DNA of 64,000 nt, from contig NC_068990.1 of assembly GCF_001194135.2 (NCBI RefSeq), forward strand, positions 53,063,545 through 53,127,544, given 5' to 3'. The notes under the pieces are model-generated. The model saw nothing but the letters and a program-made list of their open reading frames with translations. It was not told where the DNA came from and searched no databases. The DNA is from Octopus bimaculoides (lineage: Eukaryota). Below are positions 39,611-52,264 of the stretch, piece after piece; position 1 is the first letter of the stretch; each line of letters begins with the position of its first letter. Both the position numbers and the translations under genes were made by a program.

Positions 39611-40889
39611 TCATATGTATATGAGGTGTAGTTAATTTTGCTGATTTGTAGCAAGGGAGCATTGAAAAAGTATTAATAAAAGGGGAAGAATCACTTGTTA
39701 AAAACTGTTTGAGAAGCTTTGCTCTGCCAGTAATTTTGGATCCAAATTTTTGATTTGTTTATTTGGAACTTAATTTCAGTTGCTAACTTTACTTCTCTCT
39801 TAACCCTCTGATCACTAACTTCCCCTTTAATATAATAGGCTTTTAATATTTATTTTTGTTTTATTGATTTTATACAAAAGAAGGATCTGTTATCCCTAAA
39901 GATCCTGTTCTCAGATTACTAGGTTCTGTGTTTTACTAGAGCAGTTGAAAGATGATGGCTGCAAAGAAAACCTAGACACAGTGGGAATTCATGGGAATTC
40001 AAGAAGTAGCTTCATACTAATCAGTCAGATGATTTAAAAAAAATTTTATTATTCTATATATTTTTATTATTAGTTGTTCCTAATGGAAAAAAAGTATTTT
40101 TTACTAATCTAAATTCCTGTTTATGTAATTAAATATTTGTCTCACCTATTAGTGCTCAAAAAATCTAATTACTATTGTTATTATATGAAAGTTCACCTGT
40201 TTATAATCATTTTCTCGTTAGAGATCCTAATGTTTATATATCTTATCTTGTTTTTTTCAGCTCCAACCCATTTAAAGTACTGCCAGATATTGATTTTTGT
40301 GTCTTATATTCTGTTGATTTTATCATTGTTGTAAGAGGCCATGGCTTTTCTCTCCAGTCAGAATGTCATGAACTTAAAAGTTCCACCTGAATGCGCGCGC
40401 ACACACACACACTTTTTCTAACTTAAGAAAAAACACATTTTCTGGAGAGAGGATGTTTATTTAACTACATCCACACCACACCCCAACCTCGTGTTTTATA
40501 AGTTACACTAAATTGAAGTCAACTAGGATTAAAATTCAAGATTGGTATGATATCAAACTAGAACTTTAAGTGTTGTCTGTGTTACTTTAAACTAGAACTG
40601 CCTGTATAACAAGGGAGGTAACTCTCACAACGTCACAAAAAACCGGAAGTTTTACTTCTTAATATGAGCGATATTCTAGCCATTTTACCTTTATTTTGCT
40701 TCTTTTTATTAATATATATTTACTTTTCCACCAGCCAATATTATTATTATTATTATTATTATTAGTCCCCTCCTTGTACCTTTAGTAGAAAAGTTTAGTA
40801 TTATTATTATAAAAATATGCTTTTGCAAAGTTTATGTGACCGAGAAGGAAATCGTCAGTCATGCAGTTATCCTATATTTCTAATTGTGT

Positions 40890-40939
<50 letters not shown>

Positions 40940-42086
40940 GCATAAATACTCACAAATACACATGGCCAGTCTTGCACAGCTTTCAACGTAAAATAAAGAT
41001 TTAGAAAGTGTTCTCAGTGCTTTTGCTGTTGTACTACTTTGGTTTAGTCAGTTTATAATCCAGTTACGATCTCCACATTAAACTGTTCTACTTGCTTCAC
41101 TCGTATCCTTTGGCAATGTATGAATGCCACAACCTCTGGTTTTTCTTCCTAAATAAATTATATCTGTTTTTATCTCTTATGCTGTGATGAGTCATATTAA
41201 TTTAACATTTCTAAATATTGTACATAGCTCATATTATATTTATACTACAGTCATATGTCAGTTATTCTGTATTCTACTCTTGCTACACTATGTTGCCCTC
41301 TACCCCTGCTACACTCTATTCATGTTGTTGTATACTGTACTTTATTTCTGCTATAATATACTGTACCCTACTCATGCTGTAAGTCTTTCTTGGAAGTTAA
41401 TGTTTTCCTTTTATTATTATATTTGTTGTAAATAAGGATTTTGGATTGTTGGGTGGTGTGTGACTGAACAATGATAGAACTGTAGAGAAACAATATGAAA
41501 TAGTATGAAAAATAATATGAACAACGATAGAATTATAGAGAAACAATATGAAATAATGTATGAAGTCAAGTGTATCTGTTTAGGTTGATGGAAAATGGTT
41601 TTGGAATTTGTAATTAATCTTGCAGTATTCTTGTTATTTTCTCTCCTTGAAGTTTTAGCTACTTCTTTTTTGTCAGTGATAAATTGATTGTCTCTCACTA
41701 TCCTCCTTCACTATCCTCCTTCACTTTTGTTTCATTTCTTTCTCTTCTTAATTCTTCAGGGCATATTTGTGTGTGTGTTGCAGTGAGTCTTTGTTATGTT
41801 ACCCTCAGCTAACACAATCTCTCTACTTCCCCTCCTTCCTTCTCACTCCTCTTACGTCACCCATCCACAATATATCGATGTTACATGTTTCCATTGTCTT
41901 AGAGAAAACAGCAAAAGAGGAGAGAGAGAGAGAGAGACTTATTTCAAGTATTTTTCTACTTTCAACAAGTTTTAAAATGTGATGTTTAGGATCATTACAA
42001 TGCTTAATAAGCACAGCAATTAGTTGTAGTAGTAATAATAGTAGCAGTATGCATTTTTATTATGAAATCAACAATTGTAATGGTCA

Positions 42087-42139
<53 letters not shown>

Positions 42140-42142
42140 CTC

Positions 42143-42235
<93 letters not shown>

Positions 42236-42240
42236 CTCTG

Positions 42241-42295
<55 letters not shown>

Positions 42296-43289
42296 CTATC
42301 TATCTCTTTCTCTCTCTCTCTCTCCTTTAGTAAACTAGAGATCAGTTCGGTATGGAAAGTAAATATTTCATTATTACATAAAACACAATATAATACTGAT
42401 ATTTATTTCAACCCCAGGTGAGAAGAATCGATCAACACTAGGGGAATTTCTATAATTTCTGCCAAGTCTGGGCCATTTGTCAAACACTAATAATAATGCT
42501 ACTTATACTACTATGTTACTATTAATACTTCTATATTATTACTACACACAGTAATAATAATGCTTCTAATATTACTATATTATTACTGGTACTGCTATAT
42601 TATTAGTACCCAAAGTAATAATGTTATTTCTATGGTTCTTGGTGGCTAGAATTAACTTTGAAATTCTTAAGAAGTTGTGGTATTTATATTTTTATTCTAA
42701 TGTGTAAAGTAAATGAAATAGATGTTCATGTCTGGATACTTACTAGGTCTTTACAAAAATATGGTCCTCATTAGATGACTGCTTACATATCTTGGACAGT
42801 GCTGCTGCTCTCTGTGCTGCCATGCATCCACACACCTTTTAGATAAAGGCCATCCAGTTGATTGCCAAAGATTCTCCAATAATCTAAATGACTATAGTTG
42901 ATATATTATTTTGGTTTATCTCTAGAGTTCTTCTGTTTCTACCAACACCTCTTCCATCTCCTCCAATAAAGCCCATTCAATGTACCAGTCTTTCTCCTTG
43001 CCTTGTTATCCTCACTTTGCCCTTATCTCCTCCTTCCTAAAACCTATACATTAAATAGTTTTCAATCATTCCTCCTGCCTGAAATTCCACTCTCTGGCTA
43101 CTGGCATCAAACTACAAAGCTTAACCTAAAGTTCATTCACATTGATCTCATCAACTAGAGAAAATCTTAAAAGTTCATCTGTACTCTTCTTCCCCCTTAT
43201 CCAGTAAAATTATAATTAAAACTTGCAAAAAAAAAAAAAAATTGTTGTGAATTTTGTTCAGTGAAAATCCTATCATTCTGTTATATAAG

Positions 43290-44260
43290 AGGGTAAGTTT
43301 TGTTTCTGTAATTTATTAAAACAAAGCAAGGATTGAACATTATCATTTTTTGACATAGTTTCACTGCTTTTTGATGAACTTCTTACAGCAGTCTATGAGC
43401 TTCCCTTCTCCATCAAAGAAGAAGGTCACTTGCTAGTCATGCAGCCATTTATGTACCGCTTCCTGCACTTTTTTACTTGTAACAAATCGATGACGTTGTA
43501 AAGGATGTCTGAATGGTTCAAAGAGGTGATAGTCTGAAGGCTGTATGCAAAATGTTCCAGCAACTTGAAACCCAAGTTTTCAATGATTTCAATTGTGTGG
43601 GCAACTGTATGTGGGCATGTACACATTTTTGTGCAACAGTAACACATGCTTTCACAAAAGAGCTCAGCATTTGGTGCAAATTGCTGGTTTCCATTTGTTG
43701 GCAGATATTTCACTAGTGACTGTAGACCCTTTTCCAGGTAAAACCAGTGTATACCCTTTTGCATCCCAAATAAGGGTTAGCATCACTTTTTCTACAGAAG
43801 GCTGAATCTTCGATTTTGTTTTTTGCTGGTAATTCTAGGTGATTCTACTCCACACTCTGACTTTTGGGGTCTGACTCAGTGATGGACCCAAGTCTTATCA
43901 CCAGCGACTATCCTCCCCAAAAAATTTCCACTTTCTTTGTTATAGTGGTCAAGTAATGCACTTTAGTAAGCTCTCTTTGCAGCCCCTCTTTCACAGACTT
44001 TACGGAAGCTTTATAAAGTTTGCCATGGATGATTTTTTTTTCCAGAACCTTGACTGATTTGCAGAGAACATGCTGTCTTATTGACAGTCTCTTGTCAATT
44101 TGCCAAAACCATCTCTTGAGTTTGCTCACTCTTCACATCAGTGGTGGAAGTTGATAGGTGTCCTGCTCCCACTTTGTGCTTCACATTTATCTGGCCATTT
44201 TAAAACTTCTTGATCCTCTCATACACACTTATATGTGATAGAACGCTGCCCCTGTATTGC
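43290..44260 (-). mobile_element. mariner transposase remnant
   Basis: CPHTVAHTIEIIENLGFKLLEHFAYS resembles the mariner HDNARPHTA..LGFE.L.HP.YSPDL region. Confidence 0.7.
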
Positions 44261-44919
44261 ACTGAAAGCCTGCAATAAATTCCAGTGCCTGGCATACTTT
44301 CAGACCAGAGACATCAGACAGAGACACTGCCAGAAAGAAAACTGGAGCAATCAAGGTCAAACCTCGGTCATGTAACTACAAGAGTACCACCTATTAGTAC
44401 ATGAGTGGTGAAAGTGTGGATAATTTTTGATTTCCTCTTGTTGTATTGCTGCTGCTGCTGCTAATAATAATAATCATAACAATTTCTTTTTCCTGTACAT
44501 ACACACACCCTGTTCTGTTAGTAAACCAAGTTGATTTGTCTCTTATATGACTGGAGTAATTAGCACAGGCAATATGGAACCCTAAACGGAGTTTAATTTC
44601 TAACGTTGTTACTGTTGCCTTTGTTACCTAACACTGACACAAACAATATTCAATCTTTGGAATGGTCAGCTCACTTCTATTTAAACAAATATAAGACAGT
44701 TGATTTTTCTTTCAGAATGAAACAAAAATACATTTTCTTTGTGTTGAAATTGAGATTTTTTGTTTTTTTGATAGTGAAATTGATAGAAAAATAATCTTAA
44801 ACTTAAAAAAAAAAAGCTGTCAAACCTTCTGGTATAATAGTGATTAATAAAGTAGATTTATGTCATACGGGATTAAGGAAATGATAGAAATGTTGAAGGA
44901 TAAGAAATATTTATGTTAA

Positions 44920-44958
<39 letters not shown>

Positions 44959-47059
44959 ATAGTAACTTTTTCTTATCTCAAGGGTTTGAATCTCACTTGA
45001 AATTTCATATCATATTGGTAATGGAAAATGTTTATTTTTCTACCATGGCATTGGTTATACAACACTAAAGTCTTTGAATATGATTCAGCTCTGTTATTTC
45101 CTAATTTTGGAGGTTACTTTTATAAGAGGTGTCTTCCTCTATCAACTCAAGTTTCTTATCTAGCATTTATTGTTTATTCACAACATATCAGACCACCAGA
45201 GTTCTCCTTTCTGGCAACACAAACTATTATCTTCTTACACTCAGTTTTTCTTCTACTTTAATCTTGTACATCCAACAGATTATGTTTTAGACATTCCACT
45301 CCCATCATTGTAGACCTGGGACATTCAATGCTGCCATTTTTTTTTTTTTTTTCTTAAATAAAAAGATGTAATAGTGTGTGAGTGTATAGGAGTTTGTGGC
45401 ATTTTTATGGTCATGGTTCTGTATTAAAAACAAAACAATAAACTGCTTTGCATATTTAACAATACAATTTTAAACACACACGCACACATGTGCACGTGTG
45501 CGTGCGTATGTGTATAGCTGAAGTTATTTTATTTCCTATTGCTTCAGATATTATCTTCTTTTATTCTGAAAGTCCAGACTACATCTGTTGGTGTATTTCT
45601 TAAAAGTATTTCTTTTATCCTCTTATATTATTCTCTCTTTTTTCCCTTCTTTGTTTCTATTTTAAAGCATTTTTAACAACCTTACATATTTGATGCCAGC
45701 TGTTTCTGTTTTTGTGTTTTTATTGAAATTCTTGAAGCTAGAATGGAAATAGAATTAAGTTGTAATCATTGAACCAATCCATTTCAGTTTTAGTTGAGGA
45801 TGACTGACTCGTCATTCCTGGATTTGATTCATTTCAAAATAAAAGGAATTTTGTCCAGTTGTTCTAGAAAATAATAGAAACTTGCTTAATAAATACTTGA
45901 GTTCTTTGTTACAAAACCAGCTGACCTACCTATAAATTTTAATTTAATTTTATTTTGTGAAACAAAAAAAACTGATCCTCTTCTTTTTATCTTATTAACA
46001 ATCTCTTAGTTTATTTTTTTGTCTCTGTGATTTATTGTGGAATGACTGGAGAAAACATGGAGCCAAAAAGAGTCTAGAAATGAAACTTCTCTGAAATTAC
46101 TTTCTTGAAATGAATGTGCTTTTGTTGTTGTTGAGAGATGAATATTGAGATTTCCAAAGAAAAGACAAATCCTTGTTGTGTAAAATGAGAAGATTGATTT
46201 CTTTGTATTACTTTTTTATTTGGTTCTTACTTAAAAGAAAATTACCAATCTAGGGGTATGGATAACTAGAACTGTAAAAATCTGGAACCAAATACCTTGT
46301 GGTGTTTATTCTGCTTCTTTGCATTTTGAGTTCAAATTCCATCTATTTAACACCAGGTAAGGTTTCCAATTTAAGGATACCTCCCTCCCACCAATCTCGG
46401 AGGTCCTGTAAAAGGGTCTTGGGCATGGTCGTCTCTCCTGATTAAAAGATAAAAAGGTACTGTGTGTTATGGTGTGTTGCTATATTTGCAATCAGCTGAG
46501 TCTTACTTCACCTTTCCAACTGTCACCTGAAACCACTCCACTTAATCACTAATGTTCATGGGGAAGATGATGAATGTCACTCTTGTTCACTCTGCATTAA
46601 AATCACTATTTTCTTGAATCAAATGTATAGTTTTTATCATAATTATATTGAAAAGTCTCTGAGAAGTATAAAGATGATGAATAAAAAATTGAAGCCTCAT
46701 GTAACAAGTGCTGAAATTGATAGTTATTGACAAGATGTTGAAAAAATGTTGGATTAAATATGATTAATTAATTGCTAAACCTTAAATCTCTTGAGAGATC
46801 AGTAAAATAAGTAGATCAAATGAAAACTAAAAGCAGCTTGAGTATCATTTAGTGGATAAGATATTTTTGCAGCAGAAAACTGACTGGATCCTTCCACTTG
46901 AGTTCTTTCACAACAGTTTCTAATACTAAAAAGTTAGGATAAGCTTTTTTTTTGTTTGTTTTATTTTGAAAATTATATAAAATAATAAGGAAAACAAGCC
47001 AAAGCAGTTAGCTATTGTATTGGATGGAAGGATTTTAGTACAAATGCATTGCATATTAT

Positions 47060-47485
47060 TATTATGTTTTATCTTTAATTTGTTTCAGTATTGGACTGTG
47101 GCTATGCCTTGAAGGGTTTAGTTGATGAAATATCTCCGGTACTTATTTTTAAGTTTGGTACTTATTCTTTTTGTCCCTTTTGCCAAACTGTTACAGGGTT
47201 GTAAACAAACCAACACTGGTTGTCAAGCAGTGTATGTGTGTATGTATGTATGTGTGTGCACGTGTGCATGCATGTGTGCATGGATGTGTGCATGCATGTG
47301 TGCATGGATGTGTGCATGCATATGTGTAAAAGCTTTCCATACAGTTTCCATCTACCAAATTTGTTCGCAAGGTATTGGTCAGCTCAGGGTTTTATAGTAG
47401 AAGATACTTGCTCAGGGTGCTATGCAGTGGGACTGAACTTGAAGCTATTTAATTTCAAAGTGAGCTTTTTAACCACACAGCCCTG
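47060..47485 (-). mobile_element. SINE family B with internal (ATGTGTGCATGC/G) 12-bp repeat
   Basis: Reverse complement of the family B head and tail. Confidence 0.75.
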
Positions 47486-48596
47486 CCTGCTAGTATTATT
47501 TTATTCATAAATATATTTTGCTGTTTGTAGATGTTTGCAGTTTGCATTTGTAATTTCATTGTAATTACTAATGTATAAGTTGTTTGTTTTGCCTTATATT
47601 TATTGCAGTCAGTCTTACAATCTGAAATAGAGGAGGAAAAGTAGGAGTATCCTGAAGGACTGTCCATGGTTGGTCTTTGGTTATTTAACTCTCATCTGAT
47701 TCTCTGAAATACTCTACAAGTGTTTTGTCATGTTTTTGGGCAGTGCACAAATGTTCATTACAGTTAGTAAATATCAAAAAAAAAAGAAAGTGTCCTGATG
47801 TAGAGATTTATTCTCCTTTTCTTTAATTCCATCAGAATTTGCTTTTGTAAGTAATGGTTGTTTGGATTTATTTGTGACTAAAATCCAGAGGAAACTAGCA
47901 TTGATGGTTTATATCAACAAAAATGAATGATCAAAGTTTAGAGAAGTTTGTGTGTTGACAGAATTCTAACATTTTAGACAGGACCTTCTTGAGAGTGGAA
48001 AAATGAGCGCCCTTTCTCTATGTTAAATATTACCAAACTTGGCCCTTTGCTGCCACAATTTCAGATATTTTGGATTGGCCTTATCTATTTTAATTCAGAA
48101 ATTGATATTTGAGCAATGAGTTCTTGAAAATCCTGTTTAGATCCACTTACACCACTCAATTTGATGACTAGTTTCTATTGTGGGAAGAGCATTGAAACAA
48201 AATGATTTATTGAGAAGTGAATTTGGCAATTCCATTTGCAAAGCAACACTTATTGAACTTATGTTTTAGATGATGTAAAAGACAAGTGATCTTGCATGAC
48301 TGAGGAGTGGTGTAGGATACAATGAAAACCAACTTGCCATGTGGAACTCATAAACATTGTGTGATTAATTGTAAATTTGTTTGCAGATCTTGTTGTGTGA
48401 TCCACTGTTCAGTTAGTATCAATCTGTTTAAATGCATGTTCACTCCTGCACATGATAGCTAGATGTATATATGCATATGTACATACTTGCATTTAACACT
48501 CTATATTTTGTGTGAATGGATGAGAATGTGTCTATAATGGAAGGAAAGTTTTTATGATACTTTTGGGGGTGTCTTCTTCTTCCATTATAATTATTC

Positions 48597-48987
48597 TGTT
48601 GATTCAAGGAGCTGGAAATATGAAGAATGAAGTTCTCAGACAGAGTAAATTCAACAACCGTTTATTCACAGGTGCTTCGTACAAGGGGTTCACTTTCAGT
48701 AACCATCTTCACAGCAGTGCGTAGTTAGCCTTCTCTCCCATACACGTGAGGTTCAATAACCTCTGGAGACAATGCATGTGGTATCATAGCGGGACAAATG
48801 TCTGCTGTGAGCTCCTGGCTTCGAAGTCTTGCTTGGCGTCAGTGTGAGAAGAATGAGAGGGAAAATGTTGTTTTTTCTTTAAATAATGGTTGCAGGCAAG
48901 ATCACGTTTTTGTCTCACATATGGCAATGGTTGCAGGTGAGATCTCGCTGTTTCAAAATGGTGCTGGCTTCTTTGTGCCTCGTTACA
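48597..48987 (-). mobile_element. candidate solo LTR (391 bp)
   Basis: TGT...ACA termini, AATAAA on the minus strand at 48661-48666, CpG-richer than the flanks; no matching TSD seen. Confidence 0.4.
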
Positions 48988-50153
48988 TGTCTATACTCAC
49001 AAATAAACATTCACATGCATATATGTGTGTGAATGTATACACATTTCTACATATGTGTGTGTGTTTGTGCCATTTCATTCAGATTCTCTACGTAAATATA
49101 CAGCACTATATATCATGTAATTAGAGCCTTCTTTTTTTTGGTTCTGATCTTTCATTGTTGACTCCAGTGCCTGTGTAACAAGTTCAGTTTTGACAAATGA
49201 ATTTGTTTCTAACTGCCAAAAACCATTTCCCCTTCTCACCATGTCAGTCAGAATCCTTCAACTATGAGAGGATACACAAAAGTAACTAGAAGTGTTCTCC
49301 AAGCCCATTGTAGTTTGGGCTTCAGCCACTAGAAACAACTTGATGCAACCCTCAGGCATCAGTCTGTTGACTGGCATTATTGAGTAAGCTTGTGCTGCCA
49401 CGTGGTGTGTCTTTTGTAGTGCTTCTCCCCTTTTTGTTGATTTTTGCAATGGCTGAAATGAAGGAACAGCATGCTTCCATGTAATTCTGTTTTCTACTGG
49501 GGAAAACCACAGCCAAAACAGTTGTCATGCTTCAAACAGCTTACAAGGATAGTGTCATGAGGAAAATACAAGTTTATGAGTAATTTCCATGCTTTAGGAA
49601 TGGTCATGTGTTGCTTGAAGACCACTCTCATTCAGAGCTACTGTTGACCCCAGAACAAATGAAAACATCATGAAAGTCCATAAACTGATCTTGGAGGACT
49701 CTCATTGAACAACTGATGAACTTGTTGATATGATTGGTTTGTCCTGGAGCTCCTGCCAATGAATTTTGAGTGACAAATTGCGAATGAAAAGAGTTGCAGC
49801 AAAATTTGTGCCTCACTTGCTCATGGAAGATCAAAAGCAGTCATGGCGGAATGCGTGTCGTGAACTGAAAGAACAGCTGGAAGTTGATCTGGACCTTTTT
49901 TCGAAGGTCATCACTGGTGATGAAAGCTGGTGATATGGAATTTGCAGATGTGGAAGAGGTGAAGAAAAAATGATGGAGGTGTTAAAAGGCATCACTTCAC
50001 AAGAGTTCCAGCACTGCTTCCAACAGTGGATAATGCATCTGGACCGATGCATTGCTTCAAATGGAGAATACTTTGAAGACAACAAAAGTGTAAACATGTA
50101 AAACTAACATAATTTACATTTGTCGGATATTTGTCCTCATCTTGTTTGTTGTT

Positions 50154-50199
50154 AACACAATGTTTCGGCTGATATACCCTCCAGCCTTCATCAGGTATT
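50154..50199 (-). ncRNA. minimal hammerhead ribozyme, slightly mutated
   Basis: AATAC-CTGATGA-A-GGCTG(GAGGGTATAT)CAGCC-GAAA-CATT-GTGTT; the stem III palindrome is broken by G>A. Confidence 0.6.
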
Positions 50200-50476
50200 T
50201 TGGAGAAATTTCAAACCAGGGTTCTCATCCTTAAAGTATTTTTTGATGTTGTTTTTATTATTATTATCATTCAGGTCACTGCCTGGAATCGAACTCGGAA
50301 TCTTGGGGTTAGTAGCCCGTGCTCTTAACGGACATATGGTGTAGTGGTTAAGAGTGCGGGCTACTATCCCCAAGATTCTGATTTCGATTCCAGGCAGTGA
50401 CCTGAATAATAATGATAATAATAACAATATCGAAAAATACCTTAGGAATGAGAACCTAGGTTCGAAATTTCCCCAA

Positions 50477-50522
50477 GACACCTGATGAAGGCTGGAGAGT
50501 ATATCAGCCGAAACGTTGTGTT
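50477..50522 (+). ncRNA. minimal type I hammerhead ribozyme, intact core
   Basis: GACAC-CTGATGA-A-GGCTG(GAGAGTATAT)CAGCC-GAAA-CGTT-GTGTT: canonical CUGAUGA/GAAA core, palindromic AACGTT stem III, GUU triplet (cleavage after 50517). Confidence 0.78.
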
Positions 50523-52264
50523 AACAACAAACAAGATGAGGACAAATATCCGTCAATTGTAAATAATATAAATAATGTACATAATTCCTCATCTCTTAAA
50601 TATAGAAATGTAAAACTAAGTGAATAAATAGACATTGCAAAATTCCAGTTTGTTTTGGGTGCCTCCTCGTATTACCATATAATGAGCAACTGTAACTTGT
50701 CAAGCTGCTCAGTACTTGATTACATGTTTTGCCATAGAAATGATGGACAAAGTATAGTGCTGGTGGATGTCAGAATCAGTAGAGTACTTAACATAGTGCC
50801 TTGCTCTATTGCATTATATCCCATTAAATACTCTGGGATCCCAATTACTTGTATTTTTTTAATTATGAAATGAAATCAATAGACAATAGCTGCCTGTTTC
50901 ATCCCTCAGTGTATGTTGAATCACATGCACACACACACGAGCACATGTGTGCACACAATCTCAACATCATTGTCAGTTAACATACACTTTTTGATGCATG
51001 CACAGGTTAGACAGTCTTCCCAATACATTCTGTGTGTTAGAACATCACTGAGACAAGTGAAAAAGTTTAAGTACCCTGGGGTCAAATTCATGAAGGGAAA
51101 CGAGATGCTAGGATTGCAGGTGCTGGCACAATAAAGTGCCAGGTCCCAGCATTTGAACTTTAGAAGAGGAGAGATTAGTAAAAAAGCCAAATTCATTATT
51201 TTCAATTGAGTTTTCATGTTTATCCTCGCCTTATGATCATGAATGTTGGGTAGTGATTGAAGGAGTGAATACAAATAAAAGCAGCCTAATGGGGTCCCTC
51301 TGAAGGGTCTCTGGAGTAACACCATACACCTGTTCAGGCAGTGTTGATTTGATAGAGGGAGTGAGCTAATGTACTGCACATATGTTTTGGTCCCTATAAA
51401 TAAATCATTTGGGAGGTCGTTTAGTTAAAGCTGAACACTCGTACATCATCTTCAATGGGAAAGTCTATCATGTTAAAAATACTGACAGGTCACTAACTTT
51501 CATGGAGTTGTTGAACATTTCTGTCATTTTGCAGCTTTTTAAAAATTACATGTTTTCAAAGTTGTTTGATTGGTTGGTTTAATCTGAGATTATGAAAGAC
51601 TGTGAGTTAAATGTGATGAAATGAGAAAAGTGTACCCTGACACTATGATACCTGGTGGATATTAATCAACTGGACTAAGATACTTTTAGAAGAAAGTTCT
51701 GTCTCTTTATTGTAGTTGTTGTTAATATTCACTCAGTGATTTAGAGGAAAGTCTTTACTGACATAAACTTGTACATGGTTAACTGATGTCTGGTTAATAA
51801 CGAATCTTGATTACAATTGACCAGTCTCATTAGAGAAGACATTTAGTTTAGGGAGTCAAATGTTAAGGTAATTTCTTCCAGAATCATGTCTAAGCTACAC
51901 TATGTGTATGGGTGTGTGCATGTTACGAACCCTTTTTAAATTAAAGAAAAAATACACTATGAATTAATGTAAGGTTGTCAAAAAGTTCAGGTATCCAGTG
52001 TGCTTTGTTCAACAAATCACATATAGAATTACTATTACAGTAATACTACTGTAAAAGTTATAGTAGGAGAGACAAGGGCAATGCTGTGTCAGTATTTAAG
52101 TGGTCCCCTCATGGAAATTCCAGTCATAAGTCACTGGGTTGGCTTGAATAAATTACTACACTCTGTTTGAACTGAATTATGTTGGTTAACAGTGTGTGTG
52201 TGTATTTCATATATGTATGTGTGCTGTATGTGTATATATGTATGTTTGTTTGTTTGTCTGTCTG

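Larger units (their letters stand above)
50108..50607. mobile_element. head-to-head palindromic tRNA-SINE with Penelope-type tails, 12-bp TSD
   Basis: 218-bp inverted arms (50112-50329 / 50347-50564), 17-nt loop; ATGTAAAACTAA duplicated at 50096-50107 and 50608-50619. Confidence 0.88.
49263..50671 (+). mobile_element. mariner, degenerate, interrupted by the palindromic SINE
   Basis: TIR-like ends tatgagaggatacacaaaa / ttttgggtgcctcctcgta; MLQTAYKD, AKFVPHLL, KVITGDESW and NGEYFE fragments. Confidence 0.82.

Noticed and set aside
41760-41782. Plus-strand 23-nt exon with strong splice signals
   Set aside because: Not a multiple of 3 and largely (TG)n; no support beyond the motifs.
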